Below are positions 10,126 to 18,727 of a DNA stretch of 64,000 bases, piece after piece (positions within the stretch are counted from its first letter, which is position 1; the number at the start of each line of letters is the position of its first letter). Origin of the DNA: a virus (Duplodnaviria; Caudoviricetes). The position numbers were made by a program, and so were the translations under genes. The stretch spans positions 96,001-160,000 of the IMG/VR virus record IMGVR_UViG_3300028887_000070. One strand, given 5' to 3'. The notes beneath the pieces were generated by a model, which saw nothing but the letters and a program-made list of their open reading frames with translations, was not told the origin of the DNA and did not search any database.

Positions 10126-10773
10126 ATGGCCATGCTTTATACACTTGACTATTCACCCTTTAGAAAGCTTACACCAAGTCAGTATAAGAAAGGCATACCT
10201 GATCTGGACAGCTATACTGGTATAGAAGGTTTGTTACAGTCAGTAAGGCCAAAAGATCGTGAGGCTATCAGAACAGTTCTCACATACGATCCATCAGTCA
10301 TATTTATGGATATCATGTACTATGCAGGTATTGGTACAAGTAATGGTATCATCGTAGACAATGATACTATGAGACCACTACCATACAACGGAAACAAGTT
10401 TATGAGATATCCTGCCGTTATCGGCAACAACAGAGACGTAAACATAGTCAACTTTGATCCTATCTTCAATCTTAAGATGATGGAGATAGTCTTCACAGTA
10501 TACATCACCAAGATAGCTAGAGAGAGAAATCTGAGTGTTAAGTCGTTCTACATATATGGTCGTCAGAACCAACTCAAATCAGCCGAGTTATGCTTTGATG
10601 ACTGTAATGGAACTAGACTTACTTCAGATCAGTTCATGACAGACACAGTCTGCTACATCAATCTTATGATGCAGATAGAGGGTATAGATAAACAGACAGC
10701 ATACAACCAGTGTGCGGATCTGGATAACTACATCATCTGTTCCAAGAAGATGAAAGGACGTCACTATGAATGA
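10126..10773 (+). CDS. Hypothetical protein
   Basis: RBS AAGGAGG, 215 aa. Confidence 0.75.
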   Translation: MAMLYTLDYSPFRKLTPSQYKKGIPDLDSYTGIEGLLQSVRPKDREAIRTVLTYDPSVIFMDIMYYAGIGTSNGIIVDNDTMRPLPYNGNKFMRYPAVIGNNRDVNIVNFDPIFNLKMMEIVFTVYITKIARERNLSVKSFYIYGRQNQLKSAELCFDDCNGTRLTSDQFMTDTVCYINLMMQIEGIDKQTAYNQCADLDNYIICSKKMKGRHYE

Positions 10774-11977
10774 TTATGCTTCACTGAATACTAATCAGCG
10801 TAGAGTGTTCGACGCAGCTATGGAATGGTGGAGAGGAGATCGATCAGAACCCTTTGAGATCTCTGGACCGCCAGGTTCAGGTAAGACATACCTGATAAAC
10901 ACTATAATAGACTATCTCGGTATAATGAGACACAGAGTTGCCCCACTTGCGTACACTGGGGCAGCTGCAATTAACATGAGAGTCCATGGTATGGAGAATG
11001 CTAAGACTGCTCATTCATGGCTTTACATGCCAGTGTTGAAGCCTGTCTTGGATAAGAACGGCAATCAAGTCGTAGACCCAAAGACCAAGAAACCAAAGAT
11101 GACGATAATGTACGTGGAAAGAGATCATTTACCAGATATAGACCTCATACTGGTAGATGAAGGGAGTACTATACCTCCTAACATGAGAGTTACTATAGAG
11201 AAACACCGTATACCAGTCATAGTAGCAGGTGATATAGACCAGTTACCACCAGTACATGACAAGCCTGCATATCTGAATGATCCCCGAAAGATACACTTCC
11301 TCACGGAGATCATGAGACAGGCTCAAGATAGTGGTATAGTCTACATATCCCAGATGGTAAAGGATGGTAAGCAACCTCATTGCGGTCTTTGGAAAGATGC
11401 ATATGTGATCCATAGAAATCAGATCACTCTAGATATGCTCTTGAAGTCGAAGATCATACTCTGTGGTAGGAATACTACAAGAGACTATTATAATGAGTTC
11501 ATGAGAGCTACTTATGGTTTCAGAGGACAACTACCTATGTATGGCGAGAGAGTAGTATGCCGTAAGAACAACTGGAATATAGCGACTCCAGACGGTATCA
11601 ATCTCACCAATGGACTTTTAGGTATGTGTATAAACGATCCTAAGTTCACTTACAATAGAAACGAAGACAGTTTCATCTTAGACTTTGCTCCAGACATGGG
11701 TTCTAATGACCTAGCAAGCAATGCATTCTACAATCTGGAGTGTTCGTATACATACTTCACTTCTAACGCCAAAGGACGTGAAGCCCTAAGAAACGATCCA
11801 CTATTGAAGAATGAAAGGTTTGAGTTTGGTTATGCCATCACTACTCACATGTCTCAAGGCTCTGAGTATGATAATGGCATATACATAGAAGAATCACTCA
11901 ACAAGTACATAGATCACAAGCTTAACTACGTTGGAGTTACACGCTTCAGAAAGTTCTGCATCTATGTGAAAGAGTGA
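10766..11977 (+). CDS. SF1B helicase (Dda/RecD-like)
   Basis: GPPGSGKT, VDEGS, GDIDQLPPV, LTEIMRQ, YAITTHMSQGSEY. Confidence 0.9.
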   Translation: MNDYASLNTNQRRVFDAAMEWWRGDRSEPFEISGPPGSGKTYLINTIIDYLGIMRHRVAPLAYTGAAAINMRVHGMENAKTAHSWLYMPVLKPVLDKNGNQVVDPKTKKPKMTIMYVERDHLPDIDLILVDEGSTIPPNMRVTIEKHRIPVIVAGDIDQLPPVHDKPAYLNDPRKIHFLTEIMRQAQDSGIVYISQMVKDGKQPHCGLWKDAYVIHRNQITLDMLLKSKIILCGRNTTRDYYNEFMRATYGFRGQLPMYGERVVCRKNNWNIATPDGINLTNGLLGMCINDPKFTYNRNEDSFILDFAPDMGSNDLASNAFYNLECSYTYFTSNAKGREALRNDPLLKNERFEFGYAITTHMSQGSEYDNGIYIEESLNKYIDHKLNYVGVTRFRKFCIYVKE

Positions 11978-12010
11978 TGTAATCTTTTAGCAAACTTACA
12001 ACAATATAGT

Positions 12011-12148
12011 ATGGCGGTGCAGCTATGCACTTAGGCTCTAACAGCAATACTTCTTGTTAAAATGGTATAACAGTACGGAGCCTAGCTATGAAGCTCAGCA
12101 GCACCTGCCATATCCCCTTACCGTAGTGGAAGTGTCCACTACGGATAA
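12011..12148 (+). ncRNA. Candidate structured ncRNA A
   Basis: Starts at the +1 of late motif AACA-ATATAG-TA. Nested helices ATGGC-GGTGC/GCACC-T-GCCAT, AGCT/AGCT, TAGGCTC/GAGCCTA; ends in a 10-bp hairpin at 12121-12144. No ORF. Confidence 0.55.
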
Positions 12149-12228
12149 GTTGTCTTAAAACGTCTTTTGACTACATATCATACCTTTGAGTCGAGACCTA
12201 TACTAAGACTCAGAAAGGAAATGAAACT

Positions 12229-12945
12229 ATGAACGATAAGATTATCAATCCCTTTGGTATAGTAGACCCAGTTTCTAGAGAGGTAACTGAGCAGAAAGCT
12301 AACCCAACCAAAGAGGATCTCAGACTTATCAAAGAGAAAGAGAAAAGACTGGCAGAAGAGGCTAAACAGAACCTCAAGACAGTCAAGGTTGCAGATGGTG
12401 CAACTACAACAACTAAGAGACCTACTAAGAATAAGAGAACCCCACAGGCTCCAGTAGTAGGTACACCACAGCAGAATGTTCCTCAGAAGCCACAGCAGAT
12501 ACATTCCGATACAGAGTATCTTGTATGTTTCACATTAGAGGAACAGGATATGACAGCACCAGACTGGACTCGTTCCAGATGGATAACAGCAGTAGGAAGA
12601 GGTCTTTGTTTCAACAAGATCACAAACATGATACATGATTTGACCTCTGACGACATGGAAGACTTCTATGATCCTATAGATTATGAGGAGTCATTCGTAA
12701 TCTGCACAGGTGTCAAGTATGAAGAGAAGGTTCCACTCCTTCAGTTCATCAGACTCTGTGTCGAGAAAAATGCTAAAGCTGTAGACAAGTATATGCTTGC
12801 CTATATGCAGGCTGTCCTCAAGTCGTATGAATCTGGCTCGTTTGAACCTATCGATGATTGGATAAAGGCTAACAACGATACACCTTGTACTCCGCAGGTT
12901 CAGCAGACCATGTATACATCGCTTGAAGGAGAAGACATCAACTAA
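12229..12945 (+). CDS. Hypothetical protein
   Basis: RBS AAAGGA, 238 aa. Confidence 0.75.
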   Translation: MNDKIINPFGIVDPVSREVTEQKANPTKEDLRLIKEKEKRLAEEAKQNLKTVKVADGATTTTKRPTKNKRTPQAPVVGTPQQNVPQKPQQIHSDTEYLVCFTLEEQDMTAPDWTRSRWITAVGRGLCFNKITNMIHDLTSDDMEDFYDPIDYEESFVICTGVKYEEKVPLLQFIRLCVEKNAKAVDKYMLAYMQAVLKSYESGSFEPIDDWIKANNDTPCTPQVQQTMYTSLEGEDIN

Positions 12946-12969
12946 TCTAGCCACAAGGAGGACACTAAT

Positions 12970-13728
12970 ATGGCACAGAGCAAACCAAGACAGCCTCGTA
13001 AGTCCTGGTTCGACAATCAGGCTGAGAGGAAAGGTCAGAAGTTTCTGGATGGATGGGCCAATGGCCAGGACAGAGACTTCTTTTCACCAGACAAAAAGAT
13101 AAGAGCAATCGATAATATCCTTAGAGATATCAAAGATGGTCTTATCGACATCAACAAGGACATGACTGAGACAAGACTTCTTAACAAAGATCTTCTTGAA
13201 TCTATCATTCAGGTATGTTATAGCAGACTCGAGTTCTTCAGACGTATGAGCAATGCATTCGCAATGCTTAACAATGTAAGCTATTGCGTCAAGATTCAGC
13301 GTCAGTTCAATGAACAGACTGCTAATATGGACGAGTTTAGTAAAGCTCAGTTCATCAATCAGATGGATCCAAACTATAGATGGATAGCTTATTCACCACC
13401 ATTAGATGGAATCATCAATGAACAGACTGGTAATCAGGAAGGAGGAATACCGCTTGCTCACCCATTAGCAGAAGCGTGCAACCATCCTGCTTATCAGAAA
13501 CAGAAGTGGATAGCAGACACAATCGTCACGATGTACAACAATATCCTTGTAGTCTTCTCAAGACTCTATAACGATGTGTGCAACAACACACTTCAGCCTA
13601 GCGATATGACATCGATCTATGAGATCCAAGCATCCATAGACAATATGACGAAAAGCAAAGCATTCCAGAACAGAATGAATCTGCCAATGGATTTCAATGT
13701 ATTGACTGGTTACGATCTCACGCTTTAA
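12970..13728 (+). CDS. Hypothetical protein
   Basis: RBS AAGGAGG, 252 aa. Confidence 0.75.
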   Translation: MAQSKPRQPRKSWFDNQAERKGQKFLDGWANGQDRDFFSPDKKIRAIDNILRDIKDGLIDINKDMTETRLLNKDLLESIIQVCYSRLEFFRRMSNAFAMLNNVSYCVKIQRQFNEQTANMDEFSKAQFINQMDPNYRWIAYSPPLDGIINEQTGNQEGGIPLAHPLAEACNHPAYQKQKWIADTIVTMYNNILVVFSRLYNDVCNNTLQPSDMTSIYEIQASIDNMTKSKAFQNRMNLPMDFNVLTGYDLTL

Positions 13729-13774
13729 CGTCCAGTCAACTTATCTATAATACTAACCAAAGGAGGTTACAGTT

Positions 13775-14317
13775 ATGGATAAAGCAACTGTAGTAGCTCT
13801 TAGACAAGAGCTTCATCAGCTCACTAATGTAGCTAGAGCCAATCCCGATAAGAAGATAGATGTACCGCTGATCATTCAGATAGATCATGGTAACACTGTA
13901 GTCGACGAGAATAACAGCTGCATCATGTGGGACGACTCAAACGAAGTATTCTATTCAATAGAGTATAACAACGACGTCAATGATAAGCTGTACGATATCT
14001 GTCCGATGAGGATCAGAGCATTCCAGTACAGCGCTATCATCTCAATCACTGCAAGAACGGATCTCAATATGCTTATGGACTTCTTCGATGCTAAGATAAC
14101 AGACGGTATCACAAACGATAGTACTAAGGAGAAGTACAGAAAGGCATATATGGACATGAGAAACCCGAAGACCTTCGCCGCAGGACATCCTAGTCCATCT
14201 ACCTCAAAGGATCTTCCTTTACAACAGGTAGAGAGGTTCAACGAAGACTTCCCGCTCATGAACCCATCAGCACTCATGGCAAACCTCGAGAACTCAAATC
14301 CAAATCTTGAGGATTAA
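13775..14317 (+). CDS. Hypothetical protein
   Basis: RBS AAGGAGG; late-type promoter at 13738-13749. Confidence 0.75.
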   Translation: MDKATVVALRQELHQLTNVARANPDKKIDVPLIIQIDHGNTVVDENNSCIMWDDSNEVFYSIEYNNDVNDKLYDICPMRIRAFQYSAIISITARTDLNMLMDFFDAKITDGITNDSTKEKYRKAYMDMRNPKTFAAGHPSPSTSKDLPLQQVERFNEDFPLMNPSALMANLENSNPNLED

Positions 14318-14404
14318 ACCTAATCACGATTGTATACAATAGAGGGGTACGAGAGGTTCCCCTCTTGTATATAGACTAATTTCATCAAAAGGAGGACATC
14401 GAAA

Positions 14405-15514
14405 ATGATGTACAATTCAGCACCCGCATTTGGAGCACCTATCAATGGAGGATTCACTTATCCTTCAACCGTTATCAACCCAATCCAGGAGAAGCCTCAG
14501 GTTTCTACTCTTACTGCTAAAGAAGAGAAGATCCTTGCTTCAACTGGTGGCAATGAATTTGTGTTCACTGAGGAAGAGATGGCAGTAGCTCACTGCAACC
14601 ACTCTCCTTCAACAAATGGACAGAATGTACTTCAGGTTGAGTCTGACGACGGAACAGTAGCTAAGTTCTATTGTACTAGATGTCACACTCGCTTCGAGGT
14701 TGACAGAAGAATCACTGAGCAGGACGTAACTAAGGTTTGTGAGGTAATGCATAACATCCTCAACATGATCAAGACATATCTTGGCTCAGAGATCTCACCC
14801 GAGTTCGCAAGAGACGTATTCAGCATTCAGGCAGCGTTCCCGAAGCTTCCTCGTCTCTATGGTCAGGCTAAGAAGAGCATCGAACAGAAGGTTGCTGCTT
14901 ACAATCAGCAGTTCCAGTATGCAAATCCTGGTGCTTTCTACGGTCAGCCTAATCCGTATCAGACTGCATTCGCTAATGGTCTTACAAGTCCTACAGCTCA
15001 GTATCAGTATAGTCAGTATGCTCAGGCAGCTTATCCGATGTTTAACGGTAACGGCATGCCTCAGCAGATGTACGGATATGCAGCTCAGCCTATGAATGGT
15101 GCAATGCCTGTACAGAATCCATATGCACCTCAGATGGCTAATCCTTATGCTCCTCAGGCTGGTTTCGCACCTGCACCTGTTGGAGGTCTTATGACTGCAG
15201 ATAGCAATCCGCTCGTAGCTTCACAGCCTGCTAGTGGTACAGCTCCTGCAGGCACTGGTACATTCACTGTTCCTGCACCTAATGGTGGAATGATGTTCAG
15301 CAGTGTTCAGCCTTCTCAGGTATCAGCTGCTCCTTCAGCTCCTATGATAGCAGGTGCAGCTCCTCAGGTAACACCTCAGATGAACGTACCAACAGTCGGA
15401 ACACCTGCACCTGCAGTTCCTCCGATTGCTAACCCTGCAGCAACAACAGCTACAGCTGCTCCTAATGCAGCTCCTGCAACACCTGTAGGTAACGCAAGCA
15501 CTATCACACTGTAA
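14405..15514 (+). CDS. Zn-binding (CxH...CxxC) protein with long P/A/Q/Y-rich disordered tail
   Basis: HCNH and CTRC motifs; low-complexity C-terminal half; early-type promoter at about 14331. Confidence 0.75.
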   Translation: MMYNSAPAFGAPINGGFTYPSTVINPIQEKPQVSTLTAKEEKILASTGGNEFVFTEEEMAVAHCNHSPSTNGQNVLQVESDDGTVAKFYCTRCHTRFEVDRRITEQDVTKVCEVMHNILNMIKTYLGSEISPEFARDVFSIQAAFPKLPRLYGQAKKSIEQKVAAYNQQFQYANPGAFYGQPNPYQTAFANGLTSPTAQYQYSQYAQAAYPMFNGNGMPQQMYGYAAQPMNGAMPVQNPYAPQMANPYAPQAGFAPAPVGGLMTADSNPLVASQPASGTAPAGTGTFTVPAPNGGMMFSSVQPSQVSAAPSAPMIAGAAPQVTPQMNVPTVGTPAPAVPPIANPAATTATAAPNAAPATPVGNASTITL

Positions 15515-15530
15515 TACGTAACATCCCATA

Positions 15531-15565
15531 GGGAGGTGAGAGAATCTCTCACCTCCTTATTTTTA
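15531..15565 (+). terminator. Intrinsic terminator
   Basis: GGAGGTGAGAG-AAT-CTCTCACCTCC + T tract. Confidence 0.75.
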
Positions 15566-15616
15566 TCAATCCAGTAACAATGCAATAAACTGAATCAGAA
15601 AGGATTGATGCTACGT

Positions 15617-17980
15617 ATGGCAACTACAAAGAAGAAGATAGATTCGTTTGACGAATCAATAGAGAAGTACGCTTCCGAGATCAAAGAAATCTCAGATGAT
15701 GTAGAAAGAGTTCGTCAAACTCCAGATATGTACATAGGTACTTTAGGGGATAAAGGGTTCTTAACTCTCATTAGAGAGATAGTACAGAACTCATTCGACG
15801 AGATAATGAAAGGTCAAGCACTAGATATGAACATCTCCGTGATCTTCGATGAGCGTACTAACGCTGTCACAGTTACAGATCATGGACGAGGAATACCTTT
15901 CGGCAAGATCAATACGATCTTTGGCAAAACTCATACAAGCTCCAACTATGAGAAGAAACTTGGTGTGTATTCCGCAGGCAAGAATGGTGTCGGCGGCGCT
16001 GTTACAAACATGCTTTCTCATAGTATGATTATAGATGTCTTTCATAAAACAGCACAAGAAGGACGACACGCCGAATTCGTGGAGGGACATCTCTGGAAGA
16101 AAGGCGAAGTTGCAATCCCTAAGAAGGATTGTAAAGGGAAACAGGGTACAGTCATTACTTTCATTCCGTCTGAGTCATGTTTGAACGTTGACAAGTTCAG
16201 GCTCACTTGGGAGAATGTGTATGACTTGATTGCTACCATAGTTCCGTTGCAACCAATAGGAACATCATGTTCATTCGATGGAATAGACATGAATGGTGTT
16301 ATCCATCACGAGGATATAGTCAATCAAGATGGGGTGATAACCCATTTGTTCAACATGACCCAGAATCCATTCATCAATCCAGTCTTTGTACAAAAAGATA
16401 CAGGCGAGATGAGTATGGAATTATATTTCACATATGACACTAGTGTTGAGAACAACTTTGAAGACTATCGAAGCTTCAGTAACACATGTCCAAATAATGG
16501 CGGCCGACATCTTGAAGGTGCTATCGATGGAGTCGTACGGTTCTTCAAAGAGTACATGAACAAGATATACCTTGTCAATGCAAAGAGCAAGGCGAAGCTG
16601 GTATGTGGAATAAACGATATCAAGCAAGGGCTTAAGCTGGTAATCAGTACGCAACTCTTGTATCCAATGTATAATGCTCAGAGTAAGGAGATTCTCAAGA
16701 ATGATGAGATCTTCCCATTCGTATCTGACACTACTTATGAAGCGCTTCAGGCATGGAGTCAGACTAACAGTACTGATCTTCAAAACCTCTGTAAGTACTT
16801 CAGAAGCATAATAGAACTTAGAATGAAACAGGATAAAGATAAGGTGAAACTGGCGAATTCTTATAAGTCATCTATCCTTTCGGGCTATCCTGATAAGTTC
16901 AAGAAGCCTAACATGAAGAAGGGCTTCGAGCTGATCATAGTAGAAGGAGACTCAGCTTTCGGTTCTGCAGAGAACTCGAGAGACAACAACATTCAGGGAA
17001 TCTACCCCATAAGAGGTAAGTTACCTAATGCCTTCGAAAAGCCAGCAAGCGTAATCTTCCAGAACGAAGAGGTAGCTTCTATCTTCCAAATCATAGGTGG
17101 AGGCTATGGTAAGAACTTTGACATATCAAAGGTTAACATCTCCAAGCTTATATTCATGGCTGATGCTGACCCTGATGGTAAACATATCTTGACACTTCTC
17201 CTCAGGCTGATCGCACTGTATGCGAGACCGCTTTTGGAGGCAGGTATGGTTTACGCGGCAATACCGCCGTTGTTTGGAGTTCCTATAAGTAAGGACAAGT
17301 ATAAGTACTTTGTCGACAAGAAGGACTACTATCAGTACATACAGAAGAAGTTCTCTACAGACAACGTTCTTACTGATCTCAATGGTAAGTCTATGACTAC
17401 CAAGAACATCACAGATCTTCTTGACAGAACAGACAACTACATCAGCGTTCTCGAGAGCACTGCTTCAAACTATGCGATTGATCCTTATCTGCTTGAGACA
17501 ATCCTTATCAATAAGGACCTTACACAGAAGAAGTTCAAGTCTGTCATAGAGAAACAGTATAGATTCATGAAAGTACGTACTGAGAATGGTATCACTGTTC
17601 TTGATGGTTTAGCTGGAAACAAGGCTCACTTCATATATCTTACTCCGCGTCTTCTTGCAGCGTGCGGTATGGTTCTGAGTTACTTAAACGCCAATGAAAC
17701 ATACTTCAAGCTCAATGGACAGGTAGTATCACTGTATGGACTTAGACTTGCATTCAGTAAATATGAACCAGCTCATCTGCAGCGATTCAAGGGACTTGGT
17801 GAGATGAATCCAAAGATGCTCGGTGTAAGTACACTGAGACCTGACGGAGACAGAATGCTTGTTAGATACACGTTTGAAGATATCAATCGTGAGATCATCG
17901 AGATGAGAAAGCTCAACGACAGTAAGGATCTTCTCCTCAAGGGCATTGGAAAGCTGCCTAGACAAGATATCTTAGGATGA
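15617..17980 (+). CDS. gyrB: Type IIA topoisomerase subunit B (GyrB/ParE-like)
   Basis: PDMYIG, EIVQNSFDE, DHGRGIP, GKNGVG, VEGDSA, PIRGK, DADPDG, RFKGLGEM; start could be 15608. Confidence 0.93.
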   Translation: MATTKKKIDSFDESIEKYASEIKEISDDVERVRQTPDMYIGTLGDKGFLTLIREIVQNSFDEIMKGQALDMNISVIFDERTNAVTVTDHGRGIPFGKINTIFGKTHTSSNYEKKLGVYSAGKNGVGGAVTNMLSHSMIIDVFHKTAQEGRHAEFVEGHLWKKGEVAIPKKDCKGKQGTVITFIPSESCLNVDKFRLTWENVYDLIATIVPLQPIGTSCSFDGIDMNGVIHHEDIVNQDGVITHLFNMTQNPFINPVFVQKDTGEMSMELYFTYDTSVENNFEDYRSFSNTCPNNGGRHLEGAIDGVVRFFKEYMNKIYLVNAKSKAKLVCGINDIKQGLKLVISTQLLYPMYNAQSKEILKNDEIFPFVSDTTYEALQAWSQTNSTDLQNLCKYFRSIIELRMKQDKDKVKLANSYKSSILSGYPDKFKKPNMKKGFELIIVEGDSAFGSAENSRDNNIQGIYPIRGKLPNAFEKPASVIFQNEEVASIFQIIGGGYGKNFDISKVNISKLIFMADADPDGKHILTLLLRLIALYARPLLEAGMVYAAIPPLFGVPISKDKYKYFVDKKDYYQYIQKKFSTDNVLTDLNGKSMTTKNITDLLDRTDNYISVLESTASNYAIDPYLLETILINKDLTQKKFKSVIEKQYRFMKVRTENGITVLDGLAGNKAHFIYLTPRLLAACGMVLSYLNANETYFKLNGQVVSLYGLRLAFSKYEPAHLQRFKGLGEMNPKMLGVSTLRPDGDRMLVRYTFEDINREIIEMRKLNDSKDLLLKGIGKLPRQDILG

Positions 17981-17985
17981 TCAAA

Positions 17986-18018
17986 GGGAGGTGTGGAGCA
18001 ATCCACACCTTCTTTTTT
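17986..18018 (+). terminator. Intrinsic terminator after gyrB
   Basis: GGAGGTGTGGA-GCAA-TCCACACCTTC + T6. Confidence 0.8.
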
Positions 18019-18105
18019 GTCGTAATCATTTACTGCTCATCCTACATATATATAATCGAACCAGATTGGGCGATATTAAAACTACATCTAAAGGAGAGTA
18101 TCATC

Positions 18106-18549
18106 ATGAACAAGAACCCCAAGTACAACAGCAACAAGAAAGGCTACACAAAGCCTAACCCGAATACCACAAGAGTGGCTAAGTACACGACAGCTGAGTT
18201 TGAACTCGGTTCTTCAGACAAGTACGATTCTATAATCGATACACTCATCGCTATTATCGACTCATGTAGCTTCGACTGCTGCGCTATCACTGCTAAGATG
18301 AGAAAGTCTACTTTCTTTGATAGCTCCGAGTCCAAGGGAATGATCGATCTCGGCGAGATCAGAGAGTTCAACAATGAAACCAAGAAGTTCACTGTATCAA
18401 TGCCTACAGCAACATACACAAAGCTTAAGGACGTTATCAACAACGGCAGCCTTAAGATCGTACCTGCAGTAAGACTCAACAAGGACACTGGCGAAGTTAA
18501 GTTCATCTCTTGCTTCGAAGCAGTTCTTCCTCCTACTGCAAACGAATAA
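18106..18549 (+). CDS. Hypothetical protein
   Basis: AAAGGAG supports ATG 18106; the longer track start lies within the gyrB terminator. Confidence 0.7.
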   Translation: MNKNPKYNSNKKGYTKPNPNTTRVAKYTTAEFELGSSDKYDSIIDTLIAIIDSCSFDCCAITAKMRKSTFFDSSESKGMIDLGEIREFNNETKKFTVSMPTATYTKLKDVINNGSLKIVPAVRLNKDTGEVKFISCFEAVLPPTANE

Positions 18550-18727
18550 GACATCCCCTCCTACTATAGCGCTCACGCGCTGTTCTGGAACTTCCTTAAT
18601 TTAACTCACGGGAATCGGTGGAGGTCCAACGGCCTCCACCAATTCTCGCGTCCATTGTATACTATAGAGAGGTAATAAAGGAGTTTGGTCAGAACTCTAC
18701 AATAATCACACAAGGAGGTCATATCAC

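Noticed and set aside
12011-12111. SRP RNA (contains AGCAG)
   Set aside because: Lacks the GNRA-capped domain IV and the opposing CAGG
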